Positions 37,067-49,725 are shown, numbered from the whole stretch's first letter. The stretch: 58,284 nucleotides of DNA, filler included, from Circinaria calcarea (GCA_051942165.1; 7 parts of 7 records of this genome joined end to end with filler, not necessarily neighbours in it), one strand, 5' to 3'. Notes: generated by a model not told the origin, from the letters alone. Program-made: numbers and translations.

Positions 37067-38016
37067 GCTGAATACGGCTTAACAAGGGGGGCAGCCTGTT
37101 ATGGCTCCTCAGCTCGGTTTTAGTTACCCAGTGGCCTCTTAAAGACGTCAGCCAACAACTGCTGCCTAAACTCAGCCACTTCCTTTAAAGCCTAAGGATG
37201 TCACCCGTAATCGTGCCCAAGGGTGTACTTCGAAAAAATTATTTCGCGAAATGCGAGTAAATGGAGGTGGAATAGGCTGTATTGGCTGTTGGAAGTCACC
37301 CTTTAGACCCGATTAGGCTTAGCGGCGTGTTGCTTTTTACATAGCATAGAAGGCGAGCACGCACACATAGAAATGCAAGCAACCTTCACATTCTGCATGC
37401 CCACACCTTCGTTCAACATTGGCTATGGTAACTACCAGTCTATGTGTATGGATTTCACTATGGAACAGCATAGTAGAAGATTCTGCTATGTGTGCCCTGC
37501 GGGGGTTATTTCATCCGCTCCGTCCGCTGGTTCCTACGTAGTGTAGAACCCCCTATTCTTGACAACAAGGAACTTTCTTGTGAACCTTCCTGCAGACGTG
37601 TGTATGCGTTCCAGAAGAAACCCGATGTTAAGGCATCGGCGGGTCGTCAGAAGGATCTTCCTAGGCTGAGCAAGGCTGAAATTACGGGGCGTACCGCAAG
37701 GCTGAGCTACCACAAGAGTTCCCCGCCACGACAAGGTAATGATAAAGGCTATCATTGCTGTTCGAGCTGTTTGATACCTCCTAAGGTTGATCTTAGTTAT
37801 GCTGACGGATCCACGAAAGCCTAATCCGAATGGCACTATCCACGGTCTTATTAGTGCGAACCGCATCTTCTTAGAATTCGAACTTGGTAAAGTGAAGTCA
37901 TTTCTGGGAGAGGCTCCTTAGCTGAGACCTTCGACAGCATAATACTGGTTCAATCGTCGCTACACCCGAGCAAGTATACGAATCTCCTTTTTCACGCCTT
38001 GCTAACTTAATGCCAG

Positions 38017-40890
38017 CAATACTTGCGTTCTTGCGTCCGGGGAGCGAGCTATCGAGTTGTTCTACTCGAAGCTTACTCAGGACGAGAAGAAAAAGATCGA
38101 CTTAAACAAGTGTCAGTCTGCTTCGTTCGAGGAGCTTCTAAAAGCTGCCACCGCCGCTAAAACCCTTGCTGAACTCAAACGTTTTCGATGGACCCCTACT
38201 ATTCGGAAGATCTTTCAACAGATCAATCGCTACGCCGTCGCGGGGGATGTTATTGTACAATATAATACCGAATATACCTCGATTGCCTGGGGGGCCTTTC
38301 GTTTCCTGCTTCTGGCGAGAATCGAATCTGTCACCCTATGAATATGGTGGCTGATGAATTGGGTGTTAGTTTGTCGTGGAAGAAGGTACCATGGCCGAAA
38401 AGCTCTCTGAGGCATTGGATTCTTTAATTCCAATTGTTCTTCGAGCTCAGGAATACGCGGTGCTCTTTTCATCACACTCTGGCTCGTCCACCGCGGGCGT
38501 ATTCGTGATGTTGCAGGGCAACCTAATACATCTTTACGCAGAAGTGCTTAACTTTCTTGTCAGGGCAACCATATTCTTTACCAAGGGAACTTTCAGTAAG
38601 CTTTTATATACCTGTCACTCTCTGAAGCATGCTGATAGTTTGAAGGACGATATATGTCTGCCGGCTTCTCACTTTTTGATACCCGGTTCAAGAGTATACT
38701 AGATCGAGTGGGCAAGCTTGAGAGCAATGTTGGAAATGACGTAGTATTGCTGAATTCAGAAGGTAAATCATGTTCGTCTCGCTTAGTATTAGGCGGCTGA
38801 TTGTTCAAGCCGAAAATCGACGGCAAGAATACGAAGATGGGGTGTGGTTGAAGCCTGCAGACTTCTCCACCAACTTAGACGATCTATTACAGCGTCATCT
38901 GCTGGGTACTTGCAACTGGTTCCTCCGCTCAGACACGTACGGAAACTGGTGGGAATCCTCTAAGGACTCTTTAATCTCGAACCTTCTCTGGGTTCAAGGG
39001 AAGCCAGGATGCGGCAAATCTACACTTGCAGCGCAAATTGTCACTGATTTAAAGCTCCTAGCCGATAATATTATATGCTATGTGTTTTGCAAAAGCGGCG
39101 AGGAGAACAAAAGTGACCTGAAAGACATTCTACGGAACATGATCTATCAGATCCTCTGCGCAGCTTCACGCTCAAACCTATCATTCAATCAAATTGTTCG
39201 AAACGCACGGCTCGGTACTAGAACTCCGTACGCACAAAACACGGCCCAGCTGTGGAGTCTCTTGCAACAAATGCTAAGGAAGGAAGTCCAAGTGTGCTGC
39301 GTAATCGACGGCCTTGATGAATGCAGCAATACTGCGGCGGATCAAGTGTCTTTTCTCGACCACATTTCAGGCATATTTCACGCTGCCAAGGCTACTACAA
39401 GGCTAGCGGTGATTTCAAGGCTGGATAAATCTGAGTTAAATAATGCGTCCTTATGGACGAGCATCCAAATTCAGACCTCCGATGTTCAAGGGGACATTGA
39501 AAAGCTTGTGTTAGTAAGATTGCGAGAGTCCGTAGTTTTGAATCGGCATAGAGAAAAAGACCGTCTTCAGATAAGACTTATCGAAAGTTCCGACGGGATG
39601 ATACTTTGGGCAGATTTAATGATCAAAGAACTGGAGGCTGGTTATTGGGATGTAGAACGTGTTCTCCGCTATCCTCCAAGAGGTCTTGGGGCAGTCTATG
39701 CCGCGATTTTTCGAAGGTTGTCGACATCATCGGTAATCACTGAAGTCCAGCATATTCTACGGCTCTTACTTATTACTGCAAGGCCTCTTTACCTTAATGA
39801 GCCTTCAATGGGCCTCGCCTTATTTAAGGTTTACGCAGCCATGAAGACTACATTCTTCAGGGAGATCCTGATAGAGAAGGTAAAGATATAATTCGTAAGT
39901 CGACCTCTTTTTTAACTATTATACTAGATAAGATCGTGCAGCTTGCGTATAGTTCTCTCAAAGAATATCTCTCTGAAATAGAGGGGGGAGCTAAGGACGT
40001 GTTAGACTTTGCCTCGGAAAGTTTTCGCTTTAAGTTAACAGACCTTCACTCTACTCTGGCATCTTGTTTAATTACCTATCTTTCGTTCGAATGCTTCAAA
40101 GATGGAGCTCGAGATGAAGGTTTACAAGCTATATTATTCGACGGGAATTCCTTACTTAAATACTTGATATTATATTTAATAACTCACTCCACACAGTCAC
40201 CGCCCTTTATAGTGTTAGCGGAAAAACTTGTATTATTCTTTCGTTCGGTATCTGGCTGGCAATGGTTGCAACGCCTAGAGGTAGTATATAGAACATCTTT
40301 CGGTCACCTCCAACTTATACAATCTTAGTTAAGGTGTTGGTCAAACTCCCCGTACGTTGATAACGACTATCGGAATATCTTTAGAAACTTTCTTTTAGAT
40401 TTAGCTCAACGGAGATATGAAGATAACAAAGTGTTCCCTGCTGAACATGAAAAGTACCTTGCGGCGATGTTTGTTCTCGCCAAAAGTTGCAGAGAGCATG
40501 GAAAATATGACAGAGCAGAGGAGCTGGAAGTGCAAGTGATGGAGACGAGAAAGAAGGTGCTGGGAGGAGCATCCTTCGACGCTGACCAGCATGGTTAGCC
40601 TGGCATCGACATTTTGGAATTAAGGACGGTGGAAGGAAGCCGAGGAATTACAGAAACAAGAGCTAGAGACATGTTCTAGGATATTAGGTTAGGAACATCC
40701 AGACACACTAACTAGCATGGCCAACCTGGCTTTAATCTGGAAATGTCAAGACCGTAACAACGAGGTCATAGAATTAATGGTTAAATGTGTTCGATTGCGG
40801 AAAAGAGTATTAGGAGTGGAACATCCATACGCGAAATCATCAATTAATAAATTAGATAAATGGGAAAGGGAGAAGTCATTTTTTCAATAG
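38017..40890 (+). pseudogene. NACHT-TPR NLR pseudogene (5' exon(s) unresolved)
   Basis: N-terminal helical domain (GDVIVQY..EYTSIAWGAFRFLL), GTCNWF, Walker A WVQGKPGCGKST, Walker B CVIDGLDEC, SDGMILWA, ARPL, V.LA(H>Y)SSLKEYL and TPRs of the LG.EHPDTLTSMANLA type. Frameshifts near 39826 and 40565; stops at 40326, 40621 and 40690. Confidence 0.88.
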
Positions 40891-41015
40891 TAGAATTTCT
40901 AATGCAATATTATGTTTATCAACTCAACACGTGGAATTACAACGCGGGAGAATATTGTGCCATATATGATTCCGGTCGTTATGAGGCTGCTCGAATGAAT
41001 CTAAATGTGACATAG

Positions 41016-41282
41016 TAAGAGTATGGAGCCAAAGTCATTTGGCCACCCCTTTAAATTTTTCTAAAGTGCCGCTCAGCGCAGGGTAAATTTAATAATACCG
41101 GTAAATTACTGAATACGTAGAGAGCTTATATTTTACATTGGCGTGCAGTACTAAAACAGCGAGTGTCCCGATTATTTTGGCAAGGTACGTAGTAATGTAC
41201 CGGTATTATTAAATTTACCCTGCGCTGAGCGGACTTTAGAAAAATTGAGGGGTGGCCAAATGACTTTTGCTCCATACTCTTA
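41016..41282. mobile_element. 267-bp foldback MITE
   Basis: Near-perfect ~93-bp TIRs (41016-41110 and 41191-41282; TAAGAGTATGGAGC...GCTCCATACTCTTA) flanked by CATAG on both sides (41011-41015 and 41283-41287). Confidence 0.92.
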
Positions 41283-41610
41283 CATAGGATACTACCCTAA
41301 TAAGTGTTTTGATACGACTTTATTTTATTCTTATCTTCGGGGGCAGTGAAGTTCGGTTTAATCGCTAGTCTAAGATATCCCCCCAGTGGCAAGTAAGCCC
41401 CTGCATGCTTTAGCTTTTACTATTGCTATTCCAAAAGCGTCACAATACCGAGCCCGATGGCCATGGCCCATAACGAACGGCGACGGTAATTTCCATGGCC
41501 GCAGACGTGGGTCTACTCTAGCCATATCTATATCGCCACTACTGCCTCTTGCTCTAGGTTCTCCCTTTTCTCCCTTTCAGAACAACAACCTTGTCCCCCC
41601 CCCCTTCCCC

Positions 41611-41710
41611 NNNNNNNNNNNNNNNNNNNNNNNNNNNNNNNNNNNNNNNNNNNNTTAATTAATTAANNNNNNNNNNNNNNNNNNNNNNNNNNNNNNNNNN
41701 NNNNNNNNNN
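41611..41710. other. Artificial contig linker
   Basis: 44 N + TTAATTAATTAA + 44 N. Confidence 0.99.
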
Positions 41711-43379
41711 GGGTGGTAAAGGAAAGGCAAAGGAACGGCTTCCGATTCAGGAGGAGGCTCCGGAGAGGGGGGGGAGGTGGTGGTGAAAGCTCTCGCCAGG
41801 GAGCAGGCGGAAAGGGAAAAGGAAAAGGAGAAGCTTCTGATCAAGGAGGGATTCTGCTGGAGGCAGAGGAGGAGGAGGAGGGGATGGCAAACGAAAGGAA
41901 AGCACTTCCAGCTCATCAGGAGAGGATTGGGGAATGAAATAATCATTGATCGTCATCCGCCATAGTCTCGGAGTAATAGAGAAGCTGCTTCCGGAGGAGA
42001 GGTATTGGCAGCTTAATAAGTAAGTGGTTTTTCAGAGTGATGTTTCTTCTTATTCTATCACAGCCTACCTACGGCGCTGCTTAGCTCTGGTGGGTTTCTC
42101 TGGTCTACTGGGGAAATACCGGGTCAACCTCCCCCAAACGCCCCTTTTACGCCATCGCATACCAACCGTGGCGGTAGCCAAAGTCATACGTCCAGTGTCG
42201 GTGTCGGCGTGTCCCTGAGGCGAAAGGATGAGAAGGAAAAAGAGTGTTATCTCGAGCGCACCCCACTCCTATTTCGTTTTTTTCTTGATTGTGAAAAATA
42301 CTAGTTCTCAAAAGAAATCCCTGCGTAGGCTTCTGGGCTTTTTGATGGTTTTTTCTTGTTTACTGAGGTTTGCTAGGGTAAAACCTAGCCCCAGTGGGTT
42401 TTTGGGCCGAGCAGCAATTCGAGAGACCGTAACATACTCGGCCCCATTCTGTCGCGCTCTACGTTCTAGGTGTAGAGTCAGTGGAGCCTAGCTATTGTTG
42501 TTCTATAACCGTGCGGTTTCTACGGAGGACTGCTTTGCCATGGCAGAGACTTCTGTACTCCATCCACTTATCCTCCACATCGCTACTGCTCCTCCATCCT
42601 CCATTCCAATCCTCCGATATAGAATCGACCCTACCAACACGGACTTGGCAGCTTTGTCAAAACCCCCCTACGCGCTCCTAACCCCCAACTCAACCCCCTA
42701 TCCAGTTACCACTTATCGGTCCTCGACTGTTTTGTGGTAAAATAAACCTCATATCTCCTCTCTCTCTCAAGCCCCTTTCAGAGCCCCTTTCTCAGGAGAT
42801 TGGCTGGATGTTTTAAGAGACTTTTTGTTTTTTGCCGTAGGAGTGGCGAGAGAATGAAAGGTTTGGGGGCTCACGGGCTGCATAACTAGGTTAGGTAATG
42901 AAGGAGCAGGCGGGGGATGAACCGGAAGAGCTAGCCAATTTGGCGACCAAATGAAGTCGAAATCCCAATCGTCGCAGGAACAGCCCACAATTGTTTTCGT
43001 CTTCAAGCACAGGTCTCCTTTGGGACTATCCTTACCCAACTCGGGACGTCTGGCCTTTCCTTTTGGTGATCAACACCGTAACAGTCTCACTATCTACCAA
43101 AGAGGGGAGGCGTGGAGAGGCTTAGAGGAGCGGAAGAGCGGGGCAGGTTCCTCCGAGTATATTCATGGGTGGAAAGAACCAAAGGGTGAGCGAGTTGCGT
43201 GACGGACGCATCCTGCGTGGGCCCCGTGTTACAATTGACGTAACCTTGCGCCTGTTTCCTACCTTTACTTTTGGCCGGTCATGGGATTTGACCTTGATGC
43301 ACTCTAGCCTCTAGGGCTAGCAGAGCATGACGTCCTATAAGCACGTCATGGTACAGTTTAAGTTTTCAGGTCAAATCGC

Positions 43380-43618
43380 GCGGGGGGAAAGGCTGGAATG
43401 CATCTAGAATCAATTTGGCAGTAAAAGGGACTGCAAATGCTGTGCATGTGCATGTGATTTGCCTAGGCCTAGGTACCTAGCCTCAGAACTTGTCCCGCCT
43501 TGCCCCGCCTCGTTTTGGTCCCTTGCTTCGTGGGGATCACCTGTGCGTGATGTCATATTCATCAGGCTGCACGCTGAGTGAATATCCACCCCACTTGTTG
43601 GAGGCGCAGGTTATAAAG
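43380..43618 (+). promoter_or_regulatory. Putative grg1 promoter: TATA box and CreA/Cre1-type SYGGRG sites
   Basis: TATAAA at 43612-43617 followed by a CT-rich tract. SYGGRG matches at 43380, 43503 (reverse), 43530 and 43589 (reverse). These short motifs can also occur by chance. Confidence 0.4.
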
Positions 43619-43738
43619 CCCCTCTTTGCACCCCCATTCTCTCCTCCTTTCTACACCACACATCACAATCACAAATCATCTCTCACACAAACAAAGACAA
43701 ACCCAAATCAAACCAACAAGTACTTCACCAACTTCGAA

Positions 43739-44126
43739 ATGGATTCCCTCAAGTACGTCTTGTCTACGATCTCAAGTACCGGAGCATCTCACTGATGATG
43801 ATACTTTGCTGCAGGCAAGCCGGTAACTACGTGTCCGACACTGTCTCGGGCAAGACCTCGGAAGCCTCCAAGGAAGCCAACAAGGGTACGTCCATCCGTT
43901 CAAGCTGGCCGTCCACCTAGGCTGACAAAGTTCCCCAGGCGTTGCCAAGGACAATAATGCCAGCATGGGCGACCGTGCGAGTGCTGCCAAGGATGCTGTC
44001 TCTGACAAAATGGATCAGACTAGCAGTGAGGTAGGCTGTCCCACCGGAACACAGTTTTTGGGTGGTAGTTGACTGACAACCGAATAGACCTCTGCATCCG
44101 TCAACAAGGAGGCTGCCAAGCACTGA
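43739..44126 (+). CDS. grg1: Glucose-repressible protein Grg1 (ccg-1 family), 4 exons
   Basis: The spliced product MDSLKQAGNYVSDTVSGKTSEASKEANKGVAKDNNASMGDRASAAKDAVSDKMDQTSSETSASVNKEAAKH matches the Grg1 signature NYV...SKEANK.VAKD....G.R..AA.DA..DK. Confidence 0.95.
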
Positions 44127-46391
44127 ATATTTCCCTTCACCACCTTACCACCAGGCACCATACCAGGGTTGTACGTGTGACAGATGAATACATGTGGCAA
44201 GGATGAAACAGGAATGCAGACAGCATAGATAGGAAACAATTGATACCCTTGGCTCTGCACACCATCTGCAATACGACTTGGACGTGATTCGCCTTGTTGA
44301 AGCCCGATTTGTCTCTGTCCTTGTCAAGCTTCTCAACCGCTCCAGTCCCCAAATCCAGCTCCCGAAGTAGTCGTATATTCCAATAGTAGTGTACGCTTTG
44401 ATTTCACTTTCCTTAGGAACTGGGTATTCTCATTCTTTGGTATGGGGTTGCCCGTAGAAACTACCTCGCCATCAAACCATAATCTGACCAAAGGTTCTCA
44501 ACTTGGAACATCAAAAGCAGACTTGTGTTTCATTTCTTCGATCATTTGGGCAGCTGGTGCCATACGTAGAATCTGCTGCACCTACTGCCAGCAATCAGAA
44601 GACCAGCCAGGGCACCACAAGCCCTCTGGACCGAACCCTAACTCAGTCCCTTCGATCCTTGTTCCTACCTCCAATGCAGATATTCTCTCCTTGGAATCGC
44701 GAACGGTCAAGTTCATCATCAAGGCAGTCTCAATTGTCCAAGCCAATGCAAAGCTCGCGCATCCAACTTTCCGTAGCGGCTGTTTGGAAAACCTACTCAC
44801 GTGCTACTCTCCCCTATGGCAACCGTGGGGCTCGGTGTTGAGTTTGTCCGATCGCTCTCCTCCTCAGCAGAAACCAGAAGACCTACGGACCTTTCCGTCC
44901 GGATCCAGTAGGGAAATCCATTTTAGGAAATGGCGCACCGGTTCCATTCCCTCCATCGCGACATCCGCTTTCTCTCGTAGGCCTCCATGACGGCCCCCGC
45001 TTCGCGGGGAGCCTCTGCGAGATGATACCTTAGGGTGGATATGGGATTTTTCTCACCTAACCATGCAGGGGCATCAAATCGTCCAATCACTCCTCACACG
45101 CCATGTATTTTGGTAGCGTCAATGGTAAATCCGACATTCGGACTAGACTCCGTGGCTATTTCCTCTTGCACTCATCTGCGGATCAATGCGCTGCTGGTAG
45201 CGTCAGCGAACCGGCGCTGAGCACACCCCACTGCAGGTACATCAGCTGAGATTCTAGCGGAAAAGGAGATTCTGGTTTCTGTATTGAAAGCGTGTGTGCG
45301 CGCGAACGGCTCCAGGCGGGGAATATCACCAGAATTGGGTTCAAATCCCATTAACGCTACTTTTGGTGGTTTCCCCGTCCTGTTTTCTTGTATGGGCTCC
45401 AGGGCAGGGAAAGCACGAATGGAAGATTAGGAGATTGATGGTAATGAATGCAACAGCGCCGCGAAGGGAGCTGTCAACGAAAACTTTGGTACCCGGGAGG
45501 GAAGATACCTCGATACGCTCAAGGTATGCGAAAAGCTTTCTAAATACTGTACCATAACAGCGGCCTTGGGGAACAAGAGATGGGACCCTCTCAATGTCAA
45601 ATCGCCGTGGTTCCCAGCCTTCATCTTTCATGGCTCGGCTCTATATCGACTACTTCCCCTCTCCTCCTTTGGTACGTCTTCACTTTAATCTTGTCCCCGC
45701 CCTACTCCGTCCTTTACAACCTTTGCTCCGGCTTCCATGCCTATTTCGTTCTCCATCTTCAACGAATGACGTCAGTAGAGTCATCTCTCCTCTGGCCTAT
45801 TACCCCCTATTCTTCCAGAAAGAGAGTACCATAGACATCTGCAGGCCACAATTCTATATCTCAGAACGGCCACACCTAAGAGATGGCTGCTTGTTCAAGT
45901 TGTGCCAATGGGGCGTTATATTCCATGCATACCTATTTCTTGGAGAGTTCGCGGAATTGCCTTTCGTTACTTTCAGCCAGCCACACATATGCGGGGCCGG
46001 CCATCGTCGTTCCCCCTAATGTGTGCACTCTACAAAATACCTACTTCAGCTACATACCGAGGAGCGCCGACATAAATATGCCTTTTCTATGCAGGAGAAA
46101 TAAGACTAAAGAAGATTGCCTCTAACCTTATCAGGCAAAGAGGCGTTTATCATATTCCCATGGTAGACGGGCTTGAGACCACCCGAGGCCAGCATCAAAA
46201 GCCAAGTCTCGCAGTATACGAAGTTAGATCTTTGAACATTTTGCCAGAACTACCACGTCATCGATTCATCGGCTGCATGATGTAAAAAGGTCACTCGCAT
46301 TCTTTTGTCGAGTGTCGTGCATTATCTCCAGAATCGCGTCCAATCTCACAGATTTGAGTTTGACTTCTAACTGCATAGCCTACCTCCAAAC

Positions 46392-47408
46392 ATGGTGCTC
46401 ATTACTTTCTGTCTGGAGGTCCTCCTCTGTGGTCTGGCCGCAGCGCGACCTCAAGGCCCCAATACGGTTGCGGTAAACAATCCCAACCTTCGTACAATGT
46501 CCCAGAACTCCAGTAAGTCTGAAATTTATCAGCAGCCGTTTTCTCAAGTTGAAAATTTCAAAAGCTTGGTTTATTATTCCCATTCCGAAGGCTGCCGTCC
46601 AATCTGTAGTCCCATACTCACTCCTCCCGGTCCCAACCAGTGATGCAAGCCTGTTCCCTTCCGGCTTTCCAGACAATGCACATCCAGTTCTCGTTAGCTC
46701 CGGCTATAGCAACGACATTCGCATGGGTCCTTTACAGATCTCGTCACTCATGGTGGCAAACACCATCGTTCCATATGTCGATCGATTGAGGGATGGGAAG
46801 ACACCATTTCAATCTGCCGTGCGGAACTGGATTGGTGGAACCAACGGACAGGATAGCATGTCTGTTGTGCCCGGTAAGCTTCTCCGAGTCCACCACTTCT
46901 GGCGTCATCAGATATGCTCGTCTCTAACCACCACATAATAGCTGTTGTAGGAAGCCTCCAAGGCACAACGATCACACCCGCCAAGTTCGTCCCGGACAAT
47001 GCCGCATTCCAGGAAATCGTCCCGGGCGAATACATCGCCTAAGTTAAACAAATCATAGTTCCAAACCCAATTAGTGGTCCCGGAGTCATTATAGAAGCCA
47101 TCGATATGGACTTCACCATCACCACCACGCCCGCATATACCTCTCGTACTTTCCACGCCCTGATCAACCAGGTTCAAACTCTGACAAACGGGTTATGCCA
47201 AAGGAACCCGTATTACTTCAACGAGACCTTTTCGCGTCCCATATTTACAACTGGCCAGGTGACGCTCTATCAGCCTGCCGGGCCGGCAGCGCTGGCTGGG
47301 ATCTATACGGGACAAACAGGGTACTCGGCCAACGCGCAGGCGATTGGGTATACTGCGCAGGATTGTAAGACTGCGGCAGCCATGGTCGATCCCGCTGCTT
47401 TGGAATAG
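46392..47408 (+). pseudogene. Secreted protein gene (3 exons) with a single premature TAA at 47040-47042
   Basis: Signal peptide MVLITFCLEVLLCGLAAA. Intron 46513-46564 and a second intron after SVVP give MSQNSTWFIIPIPK...HPVLVSSGY.NDIRM...VPYVDRL.DGKTPF...YIA*VKQIIVPNPISGPGV, with the frame continuing to 47408. Confidence 0.75.
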
Positions 47409-49725
47409 AGTTACGAGACAAGGGGAGATGGGTTCAGATAGTACCATAGATTCTGTTGTTGGCGGGTTAACATTTAAATGGAGATATACCTAGATTTACA
47501 CCAAATAATGTAAAGTAATTTGCTTCACCCCGTCAATACGTTGCGTTGTTCAACGGATTTATGCATATAGATGATCATATAATCACGAAACTTTTTACAG
47601 TTTGAGCGATTTGATTTGTTGGCGGTAATATGATTTTCCGTCCTTTACCCCCATACACTCCAAGATCTTTGGGGGGGCTGCCCTTACCTCCAGCGGTGTT
47701 TAACCTCGCCCTACTACCCTCTTTCATCGATGCTGTCATTGTCTTTTGCGTCTGCTTGGTAGTCGGAATTGCACTGGAATGTATCCTCATCAATGCTTTT
47801 CTTCTGTCTTGCTTCGGTTTCAGAAAAAACGGGCTATATAGCTAAAGGTCATTTTCTGTAAACAGCAGCGAAATCCATTTGCTTCCAATAGCTTTACCCG
47901 TTATGCTTTATTTCCAGTCTATTCTCGCCTTCGCGGCTCTGCCTTTGCTTTCTAGTCTGCTCTCCTGCATGAACCCGGAACCCCTTTTTGTTCCAGAACC
48001 AACCGAAGGAGTTGTCAAATGAGCTTCCAACAACATGAGTACATCCTGGTCTGCTTGTTCGTAAACTGCGGCTCGACTTTTTCAAAGCATAGCTTGCTGG
48101 TGCGTCGTTTGGGCACTCCTGGAGGATGGAAAAGTAACCGATTCGCCTTTAGGCGGAGCATAGTCATCTGTGCTTACTGGTTGATAAAAGCTACGATACA
48201 GCAATGAACATCTTGAAACGAGTTCCAGGTAGATCATTGTCCTAAACTGACACAACCATGTACTTTGACCTCCGATGGAGCAAGCCCCAAATTACCACCC
48301 GGCAAGAGTCTCAGTTCCTTTTGGTATGGCGAGAAGACGTTCCCGGAGAATGGCTTAGCTCAGGAAACTTGCAGGTAAGAGATATGGTCGAGAGCTCAGC
48401 ACTCCCGCATACTGACACGGTCCCCAAAGATCTAACGCACACCGGTTAGCACCCTTTGTCGACCCTGGTAAAGCCCATAGCATAGAGACTGATAAGGTTC
48501 CGCCTTTAGGTTACGGCTTAGAATCCATCTCCCACGTCTCCGAGACGTCGCGCCATCAAGGCACGGATCTCATCCAGACGGGATGTGGGGACACGCTTGA
48601 GATACGGCCTCGGTTTCCAGCAGGTCCCCATCATCATTCGCCTTTGCACTCTCCGCTTGCGCACCTAGCTAAAACTCTCTCACCCCAGCTAGCTCCTAGT
48701 GCATCATCCAAAACCCCAATCACATACCCGACTCCCCTTGCAACCATAAGAACCATCTCAATGGAACCTTGGGTCCTTGTACGTCCTTCTCTCCCGACCC
48801 TTTCGATCGTAGCATAAGGGACAACTAACACATGGAGCAACCACCGAAGTTGGCTTAAACGCCATGCACTTCCGTCTCGGCTACCCTATGGTATCTCAAT
48901 CCCCCTCCTCCCCGTTTCTCCAATGGGGAATTCTGACGATCTCCTACATAGGCGAATACTCTTCAATGTACTCTTGACGCAGAGGCCGGTTGATGGGGGA
49001 CCTAATCTGTTTACTGGGTGGGAGAGTTTGACGCATGCGAGTCAACTGAATTAGATCGCGGGTGGTGAAGGGCACGGAAGCGAATTACACATACTTAAAG
49101 TAGGCGCCAGAGACCACAGAACCGAGTAAAGATGAACTTTCAGTAGTAATGTTGGCAAATCCGAGTAAGTCAATTGAATGAGGTCAGGGTCACCGGCCCC
49201 GAGGGATCACTTATGTACTGGTATCACCGGTGCATGATAAATTCTACGCGGTTCTGCGTACTTTAGAGTCCATCCTCCTGCATAACAAACGCGCTAATCT
49301 TAGGATGGACTCTATACTTTCTAACGACTATCTCTGCTTCATTTCCACCTTCCAAGTACCGTCTACTTTGGCGTCGGCGACCTGATGGATTCCATGATTA
49401 TTATACGTGCAGCCCATTCCTTCAACGCTACTCGTCCTTTTGTATTAGCATGAGGAGTAATCGGTGTCGATCGACCGATGGCTGCAGAACTCATGATACG
49501 AAAATATATCCACAAGATCCTTATCTTCTCCGCATATCTCCACAAGGGAGCTATGGATGATTAATGCAGAGAACCATGTATAAGCAATGCAACCACACCA
49601 ATTCTCCTCTGGTTCTTCGTCCTCACGCAATGTCCGCATCGCCCAATTCCTCGGATTTCTCTATAATTGATACTGCTAGCTCCATACCCGACACCAGCGA
49701 ATCTCGAGCCCCAAACGCTTCTGCC

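Noticed and set aside
41711..41965. Purine-rich ORFs at the start of contig 6
   Set aside because: May be the 3' end of a truncated gene, but the frame cannot be chosen and no motif supports a call.
44992..45013. GC-rich hairpin CCCCGC-TTC-GCGGGG as a possible Helitron 3' end or terminator
   Set aside because: No CTRR terminus at the expected distance, no U-tract, and no other Helitron feature.
44137..46019. Overlapping medium ORFs on both strands downstream of grg1
   Set aside because: Possibly a heavily decayed minus-strand gene, but I could not build a splice model or recognise a family.
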